64,000 nt of DNA from Chlorokybus atmophyticus (Eukaryota > Plantae > Mesostigma and Chlorokybus algae), in assembly GCA_009103225.1 (NCBI GenBank), contig RHPI01003753.1, positions 127,041 to 191,040 on the forward strand. The letters are read 5' to 3'. A program made the translations under genes and the position numbers. Shown here one piece after another: positions 34,966 to 48,589 of this stretch (positions are counted from its first letter, which is position 1; the number at the start of each line of letters is the position of its first letter). A model generated the notes under the pieces. The model was not told the DNA's origin. It saw nothing but the letters and a program-made list of their open reading frames with translations, and did not search any database.

Positions 34966-37900
34966 ATGGCCTTTTCCTTCGGCCAGAGCACGCCCAGCCT
35001 GGGCTTGTTCGGCCAGGCAGCCTCATCGCCTAGCCTGGGCGCCTTTGGGCAGAGCACGCCTGCCTTGGGGTCAGGCTTCGGGGCGGCGGCGGCATCTACG
35101 CCATCGTTGGGGGTGTTCGGGTCGTCCACGCCAGCATTCGGAGCGTCCACACCAGCGTTTGGAGCATCCACACCATCGCTGGGGACCTTCGGGGCGTCTA
35201 CGCCGGCGCTGGGCACGGGGTTGTTCGGACAGCCGGCGCCAGCGTCAACGCCCAGCCTGGGCTTTGGGGCGACGCCCGCGTTTGGGGCTCAAAGCACACC
35301 CAGCTTAGGTTTTGGTCTGGCCAGCAGCACGCCAGCTTTCGGGGCGTTTGGCGGTGCATTTGGTCAGAGCACAACTCCAACAGCTGTCGGTGGGATTGCT
35401 GGTGGTGCTCAGCTGCCTCAGCAGCCAGCTGGACTGCAGGTGCGCCTGCTCACTAAAGACGATGGCACCAAGAAGGGCATGCCTGCTGCTCACAGCACCA
35501 GATGGGACGACCTCGCACCCGACACACAGGTGTTGCTCTCAGGGGTTACAATAGCATCCGCTTGCTAGAATTTGCTTTGCACATGTTGCATTTGTTTTGG
35601 TGTTCTTGCAAACTTTTGTAGGCAGAAAAATCTTTGCATGCGGTCCATCGACCATGTTGCTAACCAATGTCATGCTCCTGCACAAGCATCGCGCATGCAC
35701 ACACAATGCCGGGCTTGCCTCCGAGTATCTAGTGTCCACATCTGTGTTGCGCCACTGTCACGATCACCTATGAGGCCCTATCATATGCAGTGTTCAGTGG
35801 CATGCATTGTGTGAATACGGCTCGTTTGTCAGTTGCTCACAAGCTTGTATAAATCTGCTCGCAGAAGGAGCTCCTTGCCATTGAGACCATTATCCTGGAG
35901 GCTCGTGATTTGAGCCGGCAACTTGATCAGCACCCGCGATTGCATGACACAGCAGCGTTGCAAGATGGCATTGAAGATGAGATTTGGGAGCTCACACAGG
36001 TGATGGGCCCTCCACTGTGGCCTGCGCGCTTTTGGTTTGGGTATACATTCTGCGATTGCTGCCATGCCATGGTCACGTAGAGCACCTTGCTTGGTACATG
36101 TAGTCAGCTTCCAATTGGCTTTCTATCAAAGTTGTATTGCTTGCAGACTGTCAAGAGTTTAACCAATGCTATGAGGGCAGAAGTTGAGGCTGCACAGCAC
36201 TTGCGGCAAGATGTGCTCAAGCTGCTGCGCAACACCGAGGTAAGCACTGTTGTGCTGCAAGGGCCCTCACCTCTACAAAAATTGACCGCCGCATCAGTGT
36301 TGCTAAGAAATGCACCTGGGCGTACAGGCTGCATTGCGAACGTTCGAGCGGGTGCGTCACAGGTTGCAAAGGTTCTCTGCTCCATCCACTATGGCAGCAA
36401 CGACAACATCACAGATGGCAGACTATCTTGTTGGCCCTCCAACCTTTCCTTCCTTGTTTTTCCGGGAGGCGGTTGCAGACTTGCAGGAGACACTGACCAA
36501 ATACAAGAAGCACGTCGCAGACTTGGAGCTCGCCCTTGCTCCAGTGGACACCCCGATGCAGAATGGAGACAGCGACGACCGCGAGTATTCAGTAGTACAA
36601 ACCTTGCCAACCATATTCAACAACTTGCACGACTATCTGATACATGTCGCAGCCAAGGTATTGCCCATTGATATGATGATGATGATTGGATAGTGCAACT
36701 GCATGGAGTCTCCTATGTGTCTCTGGGTCTGCAGACCCTGACACGCATAACGGGCATTGGTGCCATTGCGTTGCTCAGATTATTAGACTTGTGGTTAATG
36801 AATGCGTCATTCCATATAGGTTGAAGAGTTGCACAGCCGTGTCACATCTGCAAAGGAGGCATACCTCATGGCTCTGCAGCGCAGCGGTGATCACCGCAAT
36901 CCGTTTGTGGAAGCTGAGCGCCGAGAACAAGCCAAGGCAGCGGCCGCAGCGGCCCCTGTATCTTCGCAGGTGACACCCGCAGTTATGGCTGGCGTTGCAG
37001 CGACACCCTCTGTAGCTACCACTCCAGCCCCATCACTGTTTGGTAAAGACACTCCCCGCACGCGCTGATGCACACTACCTTCAAGAATAATCTCACCTGG
37101 TTGTACAGGTGGTAGCACACCTGCTCTTGGCAGCACTACCCCCAGCCTGTTTGGAGCAATGAGCACGCCCACTTTGGGCTTAGCACAATCCACTCCCAGC
37201 CTGTTTGGTGGGGCCACAAGCACAGCGACAACAAGCACGCCTGCATTCTCATTTGCACCGGCCTCCACCTCTGCATTTGGTGGCGCCACAGGATCATCAT
37301 TTTTTGGTACCTTTGGTGCCTGCCAATTGCTGCAAGCTGCAGTGCATGTCCCCAGCTGACGTGCTTGGTATGCAGGTGCATCCACACCCGCATTTGCCAG
37401 CACGCCAAGCCTGTTCGGAGGTCAATCCACGCCAAGCTTGTTTGGCGCCAGCACACCAGCATTTGGTAGATAGCAAACTGCGATAGGTTCGCACACATAA
37501 TGTCGTGTTTGCTTGTGTGCCGTGACTGCCATTGTATGTGCAATTATCAATTCTGTGTCACCTGAGTCATGTCACGGAGAACTCAGCCATGATGATGCAG
37601 GTGCCACCACACCTGCCGCAGGCTCTTCATCCGCACCAAGCCTGTTTGGAGCAGCCAGCACTACGGCATTTGGTGCGCCTGTCTGGTGACATGCTTGCAC
37701 CCTTGTGCGTTGTGGCAACATGCTGAGCTTTGCTACATGTAACACACGTGATGTGTTCAGGAGCGCCTGCAGCAACTCCCACACCAGCAACCAACCTCTT
37801 TGCCGGCTTCCAAACCTCCACACTGGTACAGCACGCATGTTCAGTGGGGCTTCAGCACAAACCCATGCATGCAACTGTGCAACCCGTTGTTTAAGCTTGG

Positions 37901-37976
37901 TGTTCTGCAGGGTCAAGCACCTGCAACTACAGCACCCAAGCCGAGAACCAAAAGCAGCAGTCGCGCCCGCAGATAA
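34966..37976 (+). CDS. NUP58: FG-repeat nucleoporin, plant-type NUP58 (multi-exon)
   Basis: N- and C-terminal STPS/AFG repeats; core LLTKD...HSTRWDDLAPDTQ, LPTIFNNLHDYLIHVAAK|VEELH..., GDHRNPFVEAERREQAK; ends PRTKSSSRARR*. Confidence 0.85.
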
Positions 37977-39041
37977 CGTTGGTAGAATCGCACTCTATAC
38001 CATCTTGGTCCTTTATGTTGGTTGCACTACTCCAGCGCAGGCAGCGGCAAGCGGCCCAGGCCTTTCTGCAAAGGGTGCTATCCATGCACGCATTCTCTCC
38101 ACAGTGGCCGCCTGCTGCAGTACCATCAGCAAGGCAGTACATAGGTTATTGTATGCAGCACTGGACAGTAGTCTACATAGCCATACCCTATGGACAGTAC
38201 GGCCTGCTGCTGTGATGTTACCCCTGGTGGGTACCCAACATTACCCTGTGAGACAGATGCCATGGCACTCAACAGGTTACGGTGATGATTATCTGTTGCG
38301 CTTGCTTATAAAGTGGCTTGCGCTCTGTCAAGCAACTTGCCGAGTGCAAAGTAGGCAGCTACGGATGTGAGAGTGTTTTGCAAGTTGCAATGTCTGTGAA
38401 GCTCGCGAACATAGCACCAACCGGTTAGGCAAGGCTATAAGAATCCACCATATACCAGCTTCCAGGGATTGGTAACCGCCAACCGCTTTGTCAAACAACC
38501 CATTGGCCTTCGCTGCATATGATGTCCAGGCACCGACATCTAGATTGTTGCTGAGGAGCCGAAGCTGTTATCAAAATTGGTGGAGAGCATGTACAATGCG
38601 AAACAGCAATGCACATGCATAATGGCATGCACAGTCAGCAGCATGCAGAGCGACATAGCGCATACCAACAACACCATTGTCAGGTTGATCACCGGGTTCA
38701 TGTGTTTGAAAGTGCCATGCTGTGGTAGTCTAGACTAGAGTAGCGCCCCTGTAGGCTGTAGGTGGTGGTGTGTGAATAAAGTGTTGTGCTCTAGGTGTTT
38801 TGATTGTGTTTTTGAGCTTGGCATAGAGTGTTGCATGATGTTTCCCCATACCCTATGCTGATGATGTGTTGGCTGCCTACCTGATGTGCTGTATGCCCAC
38901 ACAGTCAAAGTTAGTCTGCATGGAGTTTTATACCGACTAGTATGCAACATCGTCACACCAAGCTACGTACTGTCATCCCTGCCTATCACTGCACAAGCAT
39001 ACTCACACGCATGCCAGCGGTATGCCAGCACGCCTACACAA

Positions 39042-39389
39042 CTACACTGCTGCACCCGCCAGCGCAGCGTCCGCTTCCGCCGTTGGCGCCGCCGTCTGGA
39101 CCGGACCCCAGCCTGGTACTGCCGCTACGACTGCCGCCCCCCGCTCCAGGATGGTGATGCCCTGGGCACGCTGCAGCGCGCAAGACACGCGCTGCCGGTA
39201 CAGAGCCAAGTAGCCCAATAGCCTGCTCACTGGCAGGTCACGTGCAGCCAGTGCCCTCCTAGCGCATGTGTCGATGACGTCGTGAAAACTCTGGCCCAGG
39301 GTGCTGTGCGTCTCGGCGGTGAGGGGATGGAATGTGTCGGCGGCGGGGTGATCGTGGTATTTCCGCCGCTTCGCCTGCTCCGCCGCCAT
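39042..39389 (-). mobile_element. 5'-truncated C-terminal remnant of a restriction-like-endonuclease (RLE) non-LTR retrotransposon (CRE/NeSL-like)
   Basis: AAEQAKRRKY...FHPLTAETHSTLG...LYRQRVSCALQRAQG resembles the K..KY / F.P...ET.G / QR.S..LQR C-terminus of RLE LINE proteins. Confidence 0.6.
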
Positions 39390-39888
39390 GAAGTACATAG
39401 GACGCAAAACATGCATGCGCAAGCATACGATATGCATTGAGGCAACAGCATTACATCACACGCATGGCGTACATCAACTCAAGTCCAGTTCGCTATCGGG
39501 CTACTCTACAACACAACTACTCTACTGCCCCTACACCGCTAGTCATGCAGTGGCATGCATGCGGTTATGATCACCTGCACCGCGGCTGTGTGCTGCCTCA
39601 ATCTCCAGCCAGCATTGCAGGCATAGCCTTCAACAACATATATGACTGAACAGGGAACCAACTAGTGTAAAAGAACAACATCGTGACTGACACGGGGCTT
39701 GGCGAACTCAGGCTGCAATGCACAGAGCATTCACCTCATGCACACAGTTGGTGCAAGCTATACACAAAGATACTTGTACAAGATATCAAGTGGACTAGGC
39801 AATGTATAGCATATCATGCAGCTAGCGTGGCTATATACAAAGCAGAAGGCGAGCGCACAAGCAACATGCAAAATTGTCCAGTACCTGG

Positions 39889-40975
39889 TCAGTTGTTAAC
39901 CTGACCCTGCGCAAGTCCATCTACGAGCGCTGACACGCGTGCATCGTAAGTGCGACTAGCAATGCGTGAGCCCGCCACATAAAAGGGGTTGGAGATCGCG
40001 TCCACGGTGAGGCTGTGCAGCTTTCGGAAGAAAGGCTTGAAGTCCGGGTCCACTGCAGTGCCGTTGTTGGCGTTGGGGGAAGAACCCGACACCAACACCA
40101 GCTTGTGACGGGAACTTGTCAAGTAGCCGTACACGCGATAGTCCTCTGTTGGATACAGCAGCCCTAGATAAGGGTCCTGCAACACCACACACACACAACC
40201 AGTGCACGATGAGCATATGAGGTGCAAAAAGGAAACTTGATGCACACTCAACCAGTAGTTTTGGGTTGACAACAGAAATTGGGAATGGCTTCAGCAGATA
40301 ACGCATTGAAACGTCACGCAGAGTTCGAAGACGTTGATTTCTCAGCTTTCCAGCGTGTTCTCTACGTATGTGAACATCACAATGCATGCACGTTGTGCTG
40401 ACACACATGCTGACCAACGCTTCACTCACTTACAGAGCAACTTTTAGCACCAATTCAGAAGTGGCACATCACGCTTCACTGCATTTATTGTATTTATGGC
40501 AGCATTGCCAAGCCTGTGTTCGCTTCAGATTGCAAACCACTGCTGCTGCTGCTCACGTGTACGGCGGGGTTGGCAGACTTGGCGGCTTTCTGCTGCGCAA
40601 CCCTCGACTCGACAACGTCCAGAGCGCAGTGAACAATGTAGTGGAACCGCAGCGACCCCAAACCCTCGTCACCCAGGCCGCCGCCGCCGCTGCCCTCCCC
40701 GAAACACTTGATCCAGATCGGGTTGTTCTGTGAGTGAGGGAAAGACAGAGAGTTCAAACAAGGGTTTCAGGAGTGCTATATATGAGTGAGTTCCTTGCAA
40801 AACCAAAAACAAGTACAAGTGCAAGCATTCTCAGCATGAGGCTAGCGAGAAACAACGCTAGGCCGACAGTTTCCGACGCTATGCATGGGTGACATTATGG
40901 TGATGAGGCATGTCCTCAAGTTACAAACGCAATCTCTCTTACAGCAGGGCCAATAACCGCCACGCATACTATCAT
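39889..40975 (-). CDS. TRAPPC2L: Trafficking protein particle complex subunit 2-like (Tca17); exons 40975-40943, 40727-40557, 40176-39889
   Basis: MIVCVAVIG | NNPIWI...LRFHYIVHCALDVVESR | YLGLLYPTEDYRVYGYLT...FFRKLH...DAISNPFY. Confidence 0.92.
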
Positions 40976-41329
40976 TGCCACCGCCGCCGCCGCCGCTACC
41001 GCCTTGCCCACAGCGCCAACGACTGGGGTTGGCAAAAACGCTGCGCATGTGAGTGCACTGCACGTAGTCTTCCCTGGATAAGTGCATATCCACTCTCACA
41101 GCAGATGTCATGTCACACAGTGACTGCAACTTGTCCGTGTAATTCGGCAGCATGGGATATGTTTTTGGGAATCCACCACAGGGACAAGTTGTGCTGAGAA
41201 CAACACACACCAGCAGAGGTCAAGACTTGCAGCTCTTCGACTACCATAGTTAATGGTGACCACATCAAGCACGACACCAATGGTTCGTGATGCTGGTCCC
41301 AATGTAAATTGCATGGATTGTAGGCATTC

Positions 41330-43720
41330 GTAACAACATTATGTGCGCAACGTTAAAAGCAAAACACCCACATCACTGTACAGTGTTGTGACATCACCAT
41401 CACTACTGGCATATAATGGCTATGCTCTACGCGCAAGCATGCAATCGAAGGCAGATATCAGTATTCGAGTGTCCAGCATTGCTTGCAGGCTTCGCGTACG
41501 AAAGCAGCAATTGTAGCAAGGTAAGCAATAACTTTAATTACGTATGATACATGTATAATGCCGATAACAACTCATATGACATAAATAATACCATATACAA
41601 CATGAAAACTTATATGCCTTCATTGTAACGCAAATCACTTACTTATATGTACTTGGGCGTCACATTTGTGCACACATAAGAACTTTGTTACAACATACCA
41701 CGGTGCAGCACCTTAATGAAGAAATGCCTAGTATCGCATCAGAAAGCAGAAGATGCACGGCGATTGCTGTACTCAGATCACACAATCCCAAGCACACCCC
41801 ACATACGTGTGAATTTGTCACAAACACCCCACAAAAAATGAGAGGGAAAGCCCCTTGAACAACCACACTGGCACTACACACACAAGAGTCGAGTATGCAC
41901 ATGCAAAGCTGCCTCGACACTTGTTGAGGCCGTTCATATACCCCTTCTTTATGCTCTCGACGTTGAACATCCAAGGCTATTTGCCTTTGTCATGGCTGCG
42001 TCGACCAACTTCTGCGTTGGGGCTGCACATCAGCCCTTAGACATCCTTTTAATGCCTCGGACTGATTACACATCTGCCTCGATCACCGTGAACACCCAAC
42101 TTAGATGCCTTGAAAGCTGGTCGCATGAGCCTATTCTAGGCCCTTGAACATTAATGATATGCATATACATGGGGGCAAATGCATATGCATGCATATGCGG
42201 AGATATCTCGCTATATCTCCGCTTATGAACTCATCTGCAGACACATGCATACACATGCGGACATGGAACACTGACTAGCCGCTAGGGCTTATGCTAGCTT
42301 GTGGATAGTGCATATGTGTAGCTATAGTGCCCTTGCACACCAATTGCACAAGATCTAGAACCAGCTTTATGAGCACGTATGCTAAGTACCACACAACTTG
42401 ATTACACAGAATCCTTACTTACTCCTTTATACTTATTGCATAAGTTGCTTACATAGGTAAGCAAGTTGTTTACATAGGTAAGCAAGTTGCTTACTTATGT
42501 ACGCAACGTTAAAGTGACTTTCGCTTGCCTTTGGGCGTGACATATATGGCATGTACGCATTTTTTTTGTAAAGTATTGATATACATCAATGAAAGTCACT
42601 TACACGGAAGCAACGCAATGTTCTTAACAACTCGCGTGCACAAAGACAATTACGTTAACGCGATCAAATCACGTGTGCATGAGGCAAATGTAAATATGCA
42701 CACGGTGATTGAATGCATGTACCTTATTTAATTTATATCATATAATTTATATCATTAAACTTGTAAGATATATGTGTCTATAATGTGCCATATATTCATG
42801 AGCTATTTGCTACAACTTGCAACAATACGTACATGTCAAAGATGAAAAACACTAGCATTCAAATGTTTTGAAATATGTACACACATATACATCTGAACAC
42901 TTCTCACAATTTGTTATAATTATGCAATACTACTGTAGTGCAGGTATTAAATGGTTCGGAATTTCACGTACGATATTATAACTTTCCAATTTGGGATGCA
43001 GATTGTGACAAAAACCATAATATATATGCACGAAGAACTTGCATTAACAAGCGTGACGCGAGTATTATATTAATGAATTCATCTAATGAGTCGGTTTAAT
43101 CTTGTTCATACATTGCGACAATCATTAAACAGTAGCGTGTATGGCGAAGTGATGCGAGAATGTTATAAAGTTAAATATGTGTGGCTATAACAACTTGTCA
43201 TGCACGCAACAGCATTGTTGTTGATAACAAATTTAACACGTGTCATAAATCATAGCATATACTTTGCAAATATTTATCATACTGCAAGCTTGTGGGGCAA
43301 TTGTTTATGTCAACTTGATATACATATGATTGTGATTTACAATTACAATGCAACATACAATTGCGGTGCAATCAAATTTATTGTTATCAGAGCAAGCCGG
43401 CAAAGCTATATTGTATATAGCAATGATGCTGTAACAATGTTGAGCAAATATGTAAGCCATGGTTGCGCAACTCATATACAAATGATGTTTTAATGTAAAA
43501 CAAAAATGTCATACATAACTTGGTTAATACCTTATACAACGACTTATTGTTACTACAGCAAAACATTCGTCTCTTCAACAGCTATACGCTATTGACTATA
43601 GCATATAGCTGTTTAAGAGACGATTGTTTATTTGTTTACGAGCATAAAGGATATGCTTTTTACACATGACTATAGGCTATAGTCATGTGTAAAAAGCATA
43701 TCTTTTATGCTCGTAAATGC
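41330..43720. other. AT-rich non-coding block, probably a decayed transposon
   Basis: Sharp drop in GC relative to flanking genes; no ORF with recognisable motifs; internal short repeats and palindromes (e.g. TTGCTTACATAGGTAAGCAA at ~42445). Confidence 0.5.
43635..43717. repeat. 83-nt near-perfect palindrome (41-bp arms, 1-nt spacer, one G-T pair)
   Basis: TTTACGAGCATAAAGGATATGCTTTTTACACATGACTATAG-G-CTATAGTCATGTGTAAAAAGCATATCTTTTATGCTCGTAAA. Confidence 0.92.
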
Positions 43721-44358
43721 TCGTAAATGACTACGAACAGTCCTTGACGCATTGGTATGAAGCTTTGAGGTCAACATGGAATTGGCAAGAAAAGGCAACC
43801 CGCACATGCATTTCTGAGACATCCTGCCAGGCTGGCAGTGTGGGCGCGAGCGCGCAGCTATTCGACCTAAAAAGCTCGCGCGCGGACCCAAACCGGCGAC
43901 TGACCCTCTGTTTTCCATATCCGTTCTCCGCCGCACGCGTCCTCGTGCGCCGCTGTGCGTCCTTGTGCTGGGCGTGTGCGCACCGCCCGGCTGGCATCAT
44001 CCCGTCGGCGCCACGACCGCCACGTCGCCCCGCTGCGCAAAGGTCTATCGCAAGCATATGCCCAAAAAGTGTTCCCGGTTACCAGCAGGATGTCGGCCTT
44101 CGATGCCCGAAAGTCGAGTATATCCATACCAGCAAGCAAATATCTGTCTAGTGTGACCGAGGATTGCCAGTTAAGACGGGGAGCAAGCTAGACACAATGT
44201 ACTAACGTAACTGCGGACATAATCACATTGAGGCAGCTAGTGGCGGCGGCGGCGACAGCGGCGGCGGCGGGAGTGGTGCTGGTAGACTACCAGTGGTATT
44301 GTTGAAGTGGTGTTGTAGCCGGTGAAGGAGTTGAGGCTTGAGTGTGACACTGAGCGCA

Positions 44359-47035
44359 ATGACTGCTGCGATGGCAGCGACAGCGGCGCGAGCTTTGGGA
44401 GCTACCTCGCTGCTACCAGAGTCTACTGCAGCGGTGGCTGCTCGGAGGAGGGTGTCGCCGGCGGCGTCGGTGGGAGGAGCGGTATCCTCCTCCGTCGCCG
44501 CCACCGAGCTGGGCTCTGTGCAAAGGCGTGATGTAGCTGCGCTGAGGTGCGGCCCAGAAGCTGCCGGTGCAGTGCCTGCCTCCACCCAGGCCAGCAGGAC
44601 GTCCAGGCGGCGCCAGGCGGTCGCCGCCCTAGCTGTCGAGGCGCCCTCCGCCGACGATGCCGCCGCCCCTGGTGATGTCTACCAGCAGAACCGCGTCGCT
44701 CGCGATGGCGTCCGCAACATCGCCATTATTGCTCATGTCGACCACGGCAAAACCACCCTTGTTGATGGCATGCTGCGACAAGCCAAGGTGAGAAGTTGCG
44801 ACTGGCATTGCCTGTGCTCCCCAAGCACAATGTGCATTGGCAATTTTGTTGACTTTTCAAGCTACCAGTGCAGAGTTTGAGCTGCTAGCACCACACTTGT
44901 GCTCATGCTTGTGCTTGTTTGGTGCTTACCAGCTTGCTGACGTCGAGCGCAATTTTCTTTCGAGCAGGTGTTTCGCGACAACCAGAAGGTTGCTGAGCGC
45001 ATCATGGACAGCAATGACATTGAGCGCGAGCGCGGCATCACCATTTTGAGTAAGAACACAGCCATCACCTTCAAGGGCACCAAGATTAACATCATCGACA
45101 CCCCCGGGCACGCTGACTTTGGTGGTGAGGTTGAGCGCATCCTCAACATGGTTGACGGGGTGTTGCTCCTTATCGATTCTGTTGAGGGCCCAATGCCTCA
45201 GACGCGCTTTGTTCTCAAGAAAGCTTTGGAGCTGGGTCATCGTGTAGTGCTTGTTGTCAACAAGGTGGGTTGCATGGCATTGTCTCTCCACCGCGTGAAA
45301 AACGGTAGTCAATGCTTACTGCACTGTATCTGAGTCAGCGAATCGGGTGTGCTTTGCAGGTTGACAGGCCGCAAGCGCGATGTGAGTTCGTGACAAACGC
45401 CGCTTTCGACTTGTTTTTGGAGTTGAATGCCAGTGAGGAGCAGTGCGAGTTTCCCATTGTTTACGCTTCAGGCGTTCAGGTACGACTTCTACCAACAATC
45501 TTGCACTGGACGATAGCTTGACAGTGCTTACCTCATTTGCTTACTTGTGGTAACTATGTTTACAGGGCATCGCTGGCCTGTCATTGGACTCTATGGCGAC
45601 AGATCTGCAGCCATTGTTTGAGACCATCATCGCCTCCGTTCCGCCGCCAATGGTTGATGTCAATGCGCCGATGCAGCTGCTGATCACCAACCTTGACTAT
45701 GACGACCATAAGGGCAGGATTGCCATAGGCCGCGTGCATGCGGGCAGTGTGTCCAAGGGCCAGGATATCAAGATTGTCAAGCCAGGAGCTCCCCCCAGGT
45801 CGGGCAGAATCAGCGAGCTGTTTGTGTACAGCAACTTCAGCCGCGTGCCTGTTGACAGGGTCGAGGCCGGTGATATCTGTGCAATGACGGTGAGGATTGC
45901 TGCTTGTGTGACGCAAGGTCTCAGCTGCAACCACACGAGTGTGTTGTAACCGTGTGCCCTGGAGGCAATGTTAAAATGGAGTTGTTGTTGCAGGGTCTCA
46001 GTGATGTCATGATTGGAGAAACTGTGGCAGACAAGCAGAACGCTGTTGCCCTCCCCACCATCACAGTTGAGGAGCCTACAGTGCGCATGACCTTCTGCAT
46101 CAACACCTCCCCTTTTGCCGGTTAGTCTCCCATTCTAGTTCACGGGTGGTTAGTCCAGCATCTACAACATCATTCTGAGTCATTGTTTTGGGATCTCAGG
46201 CCAAGAGGGCAAGTTCGTCACATCAAGGAACCTGCGTGAGCGGTTGTACAGGGAGCTCGAGAGAAATCTTGCCATGAAGATTGAGGATGGTGATACAGCT
46301 GATACCTTCATTGTGTCCGGACGTGGCACGCTCCACATTGGCATCCTCATTGAGAACATGAGGAGAGAAGGGTATGAGTTCTGCATTGGCCCGCCTCAGG
46401 TCATTACCAAGGAGGTGAACGGTAAGGTCCAGGAGCCATATGAAGAGGCGGTTGTGGAAGTCCCAGAGGAGTATGTGGGCCCTGTCGTGGACCTGTTGGG
46501 CCAGAGGAAGGGTGAGATGATCGACATGGCCCCGTGCACAACAGACGGCGCGTGCGTGGTGAAGTATCGCATCCCAACACGAGGGCTCCTTGGCCTGAGG
46601 AATGCCATGCTTACCGCCACACGCGGCACGGCCATCCTCAACACGGTGTTCTCACATTATGGTCCTTGGTGCGGTGACATCATCCTCAGGGAGAATGGCA
46701 GTCTCGTTGCCTTTGAGACAGGACAGACCACCTCATATGCCCTCTTGTCTGCGCAAGAGCGCGGCGCACTGTTCTGTGGTCCTGGTCTTGACGTGTACAA
46801 GGGCCAGATTGTGGGCATTCACCAGCGGCAGGGTGATCTCGCCATCAACGTGTGCAAGAAGAAGCAGATGACTAACATCCGCTCCAACAAGGAAGGCACG
46901 GTGACGCTAGCCGCAACCAGGAACTACTCCCTTGATGACGCCATCGAGTACATCAGCAACGACGAGATGGTGGAAGTCACGCCCAAGTCCATCCGCATGA
47001 AGAAGGTTGAGAAGGTCAACCCTAAGGCTCGGTAA
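44359..47035 (+). CDS. typA: Plastid TypA/BipA translational GTPase (SVR3-like), multi-exon, with transit peptide
   Basis: [99 protein letters not shown]. Confidence 0.96.
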
Positions 47036-48589
47036 TTTTAGATTGAAGTTGTATAAGTATACGCATGCATTGGTGGTCTGTGCAGTTTGGGCACAGCCCG
47101 TTGTAATAGACTAGTATGGTATGGTATCAACTTAGCATGTCTCTCATGCCTGCAAAAGGCACACTTGATGGTGTATGGCCGCAGCATCACTTGTCAGCAC
47201 TAGCTGTGTATGAGGTGATTGGTGGAGATCATGCAAGCCTTTTTGTACCCCGCACACATGTGAAAGCATCAAAAATACATCACAGTACTAGCAGCACACA
47301 CCGGATAAGGAGACCCAGTTCAAGTCACTTGATTAGGCAACTAAAGTGGGAGGTGTTGCGCTCAGCAATGCAGCCTTTGGCAGTGCTGAGCTGGAGTTGA
47401 AAGGAGCCGGCAGATGAATGGTGGAGGCGTGAATGTTGTGCAGACGAGTGGAAAAGGCAGTCAGTCTGCCTTGCCATAACAATGGTATGGTGAAGGTTGC
47501 TGACTAACGATCTGCACACGCAGGTATTTGCAATTGTGTATGACAAGCGGCATTGGGCAGTAGTGGTAGTAGTAATGATAATGGCAATGTGTTGTCGCGA
47601 GTGGTGAACATGTGTCTGCTCAAGTAGTAGCCGATCAAGCCTTGCTACCGTTCTCTTCGTGTGGGCCCTGGTGTGTAACCGCTCGTTGTGCCTCAGTGAG
47701 ATGTACATATGAACGATTCGCCATGTTCCAATCAAGCAGGGGCAAAAACTCAGGAAGTCCGGGCTGCAAAGCACCAAAGACCTCCAAAATCGGCGTACGG
47801 AGGAAGCCCATTCTCCACTCGCCGTTGATTGATGTCACTGAGGTAATGGTGCGCTGTGTTTTGTATCAGAACACACAGCGCAACAGGATCATTGTCCCAA
47901 GTGGGTCGCGTCGGTTGATTATTCCTCTCCGCCCAGGCAGATTGCAAGCTCTGGAGCAATGAGCTATTGCCAACCTCGCAAGGACTGTTGCATGAAGTGG
48001 GCCAATATGTTTGCTATCATACAGCATGGTAGAAGGTTCACAGCATCTTCACATCTGTTACGCTTTTAGTGCATACCGCAGGTGCTGAATTTCTGTACAC
48101 ACATGTGACATGCCACTGCATCAACACAACCGGTGATGCTATAGAAGAGATCAACAGGCCACATGTTGTTATAAACTACCTCTGTGCACAGCATACCCGT
48201 ACCTCACCCAGTCAGAAACCACTCCATGTAGCGTGTACCTGCAAGTGCCAGGAAGTACAAGCCATAGGTGCATTTAGCACCACAGTCAGCAGCTACAGAA
48301 GGCCTTTTTTCATCCCTCCCACATCCTCTAGGGTAGTAGCGTTGCTGTGATGTAGTAACTGTAGTAGCGTATACCGCCTGCTTGCAATTGGAGAGACGGC
48401 TGACAGAACTGACAGGAGCAAGGCCCATGTTGGCAGCATGGGGCCAGCACGGAAGGCACCTGGCAGGAGTAGTGTGGAAGGCGCTTGCAGTGTGCCTCTA
48501 TTGCGCTCTGTACACAGGCATGCACGGTGCTGTATACACAACAGGTTACTGCATACCAATCTGACGAACTCAAACATACCGCTACGCGG

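Noticed and set aside
47600-48580. Possible secreted-protein gene downstream of TEN1 (MLPTWALLLSVL...)
   Set aside because: Could not join exons in phase and no family was recognised.
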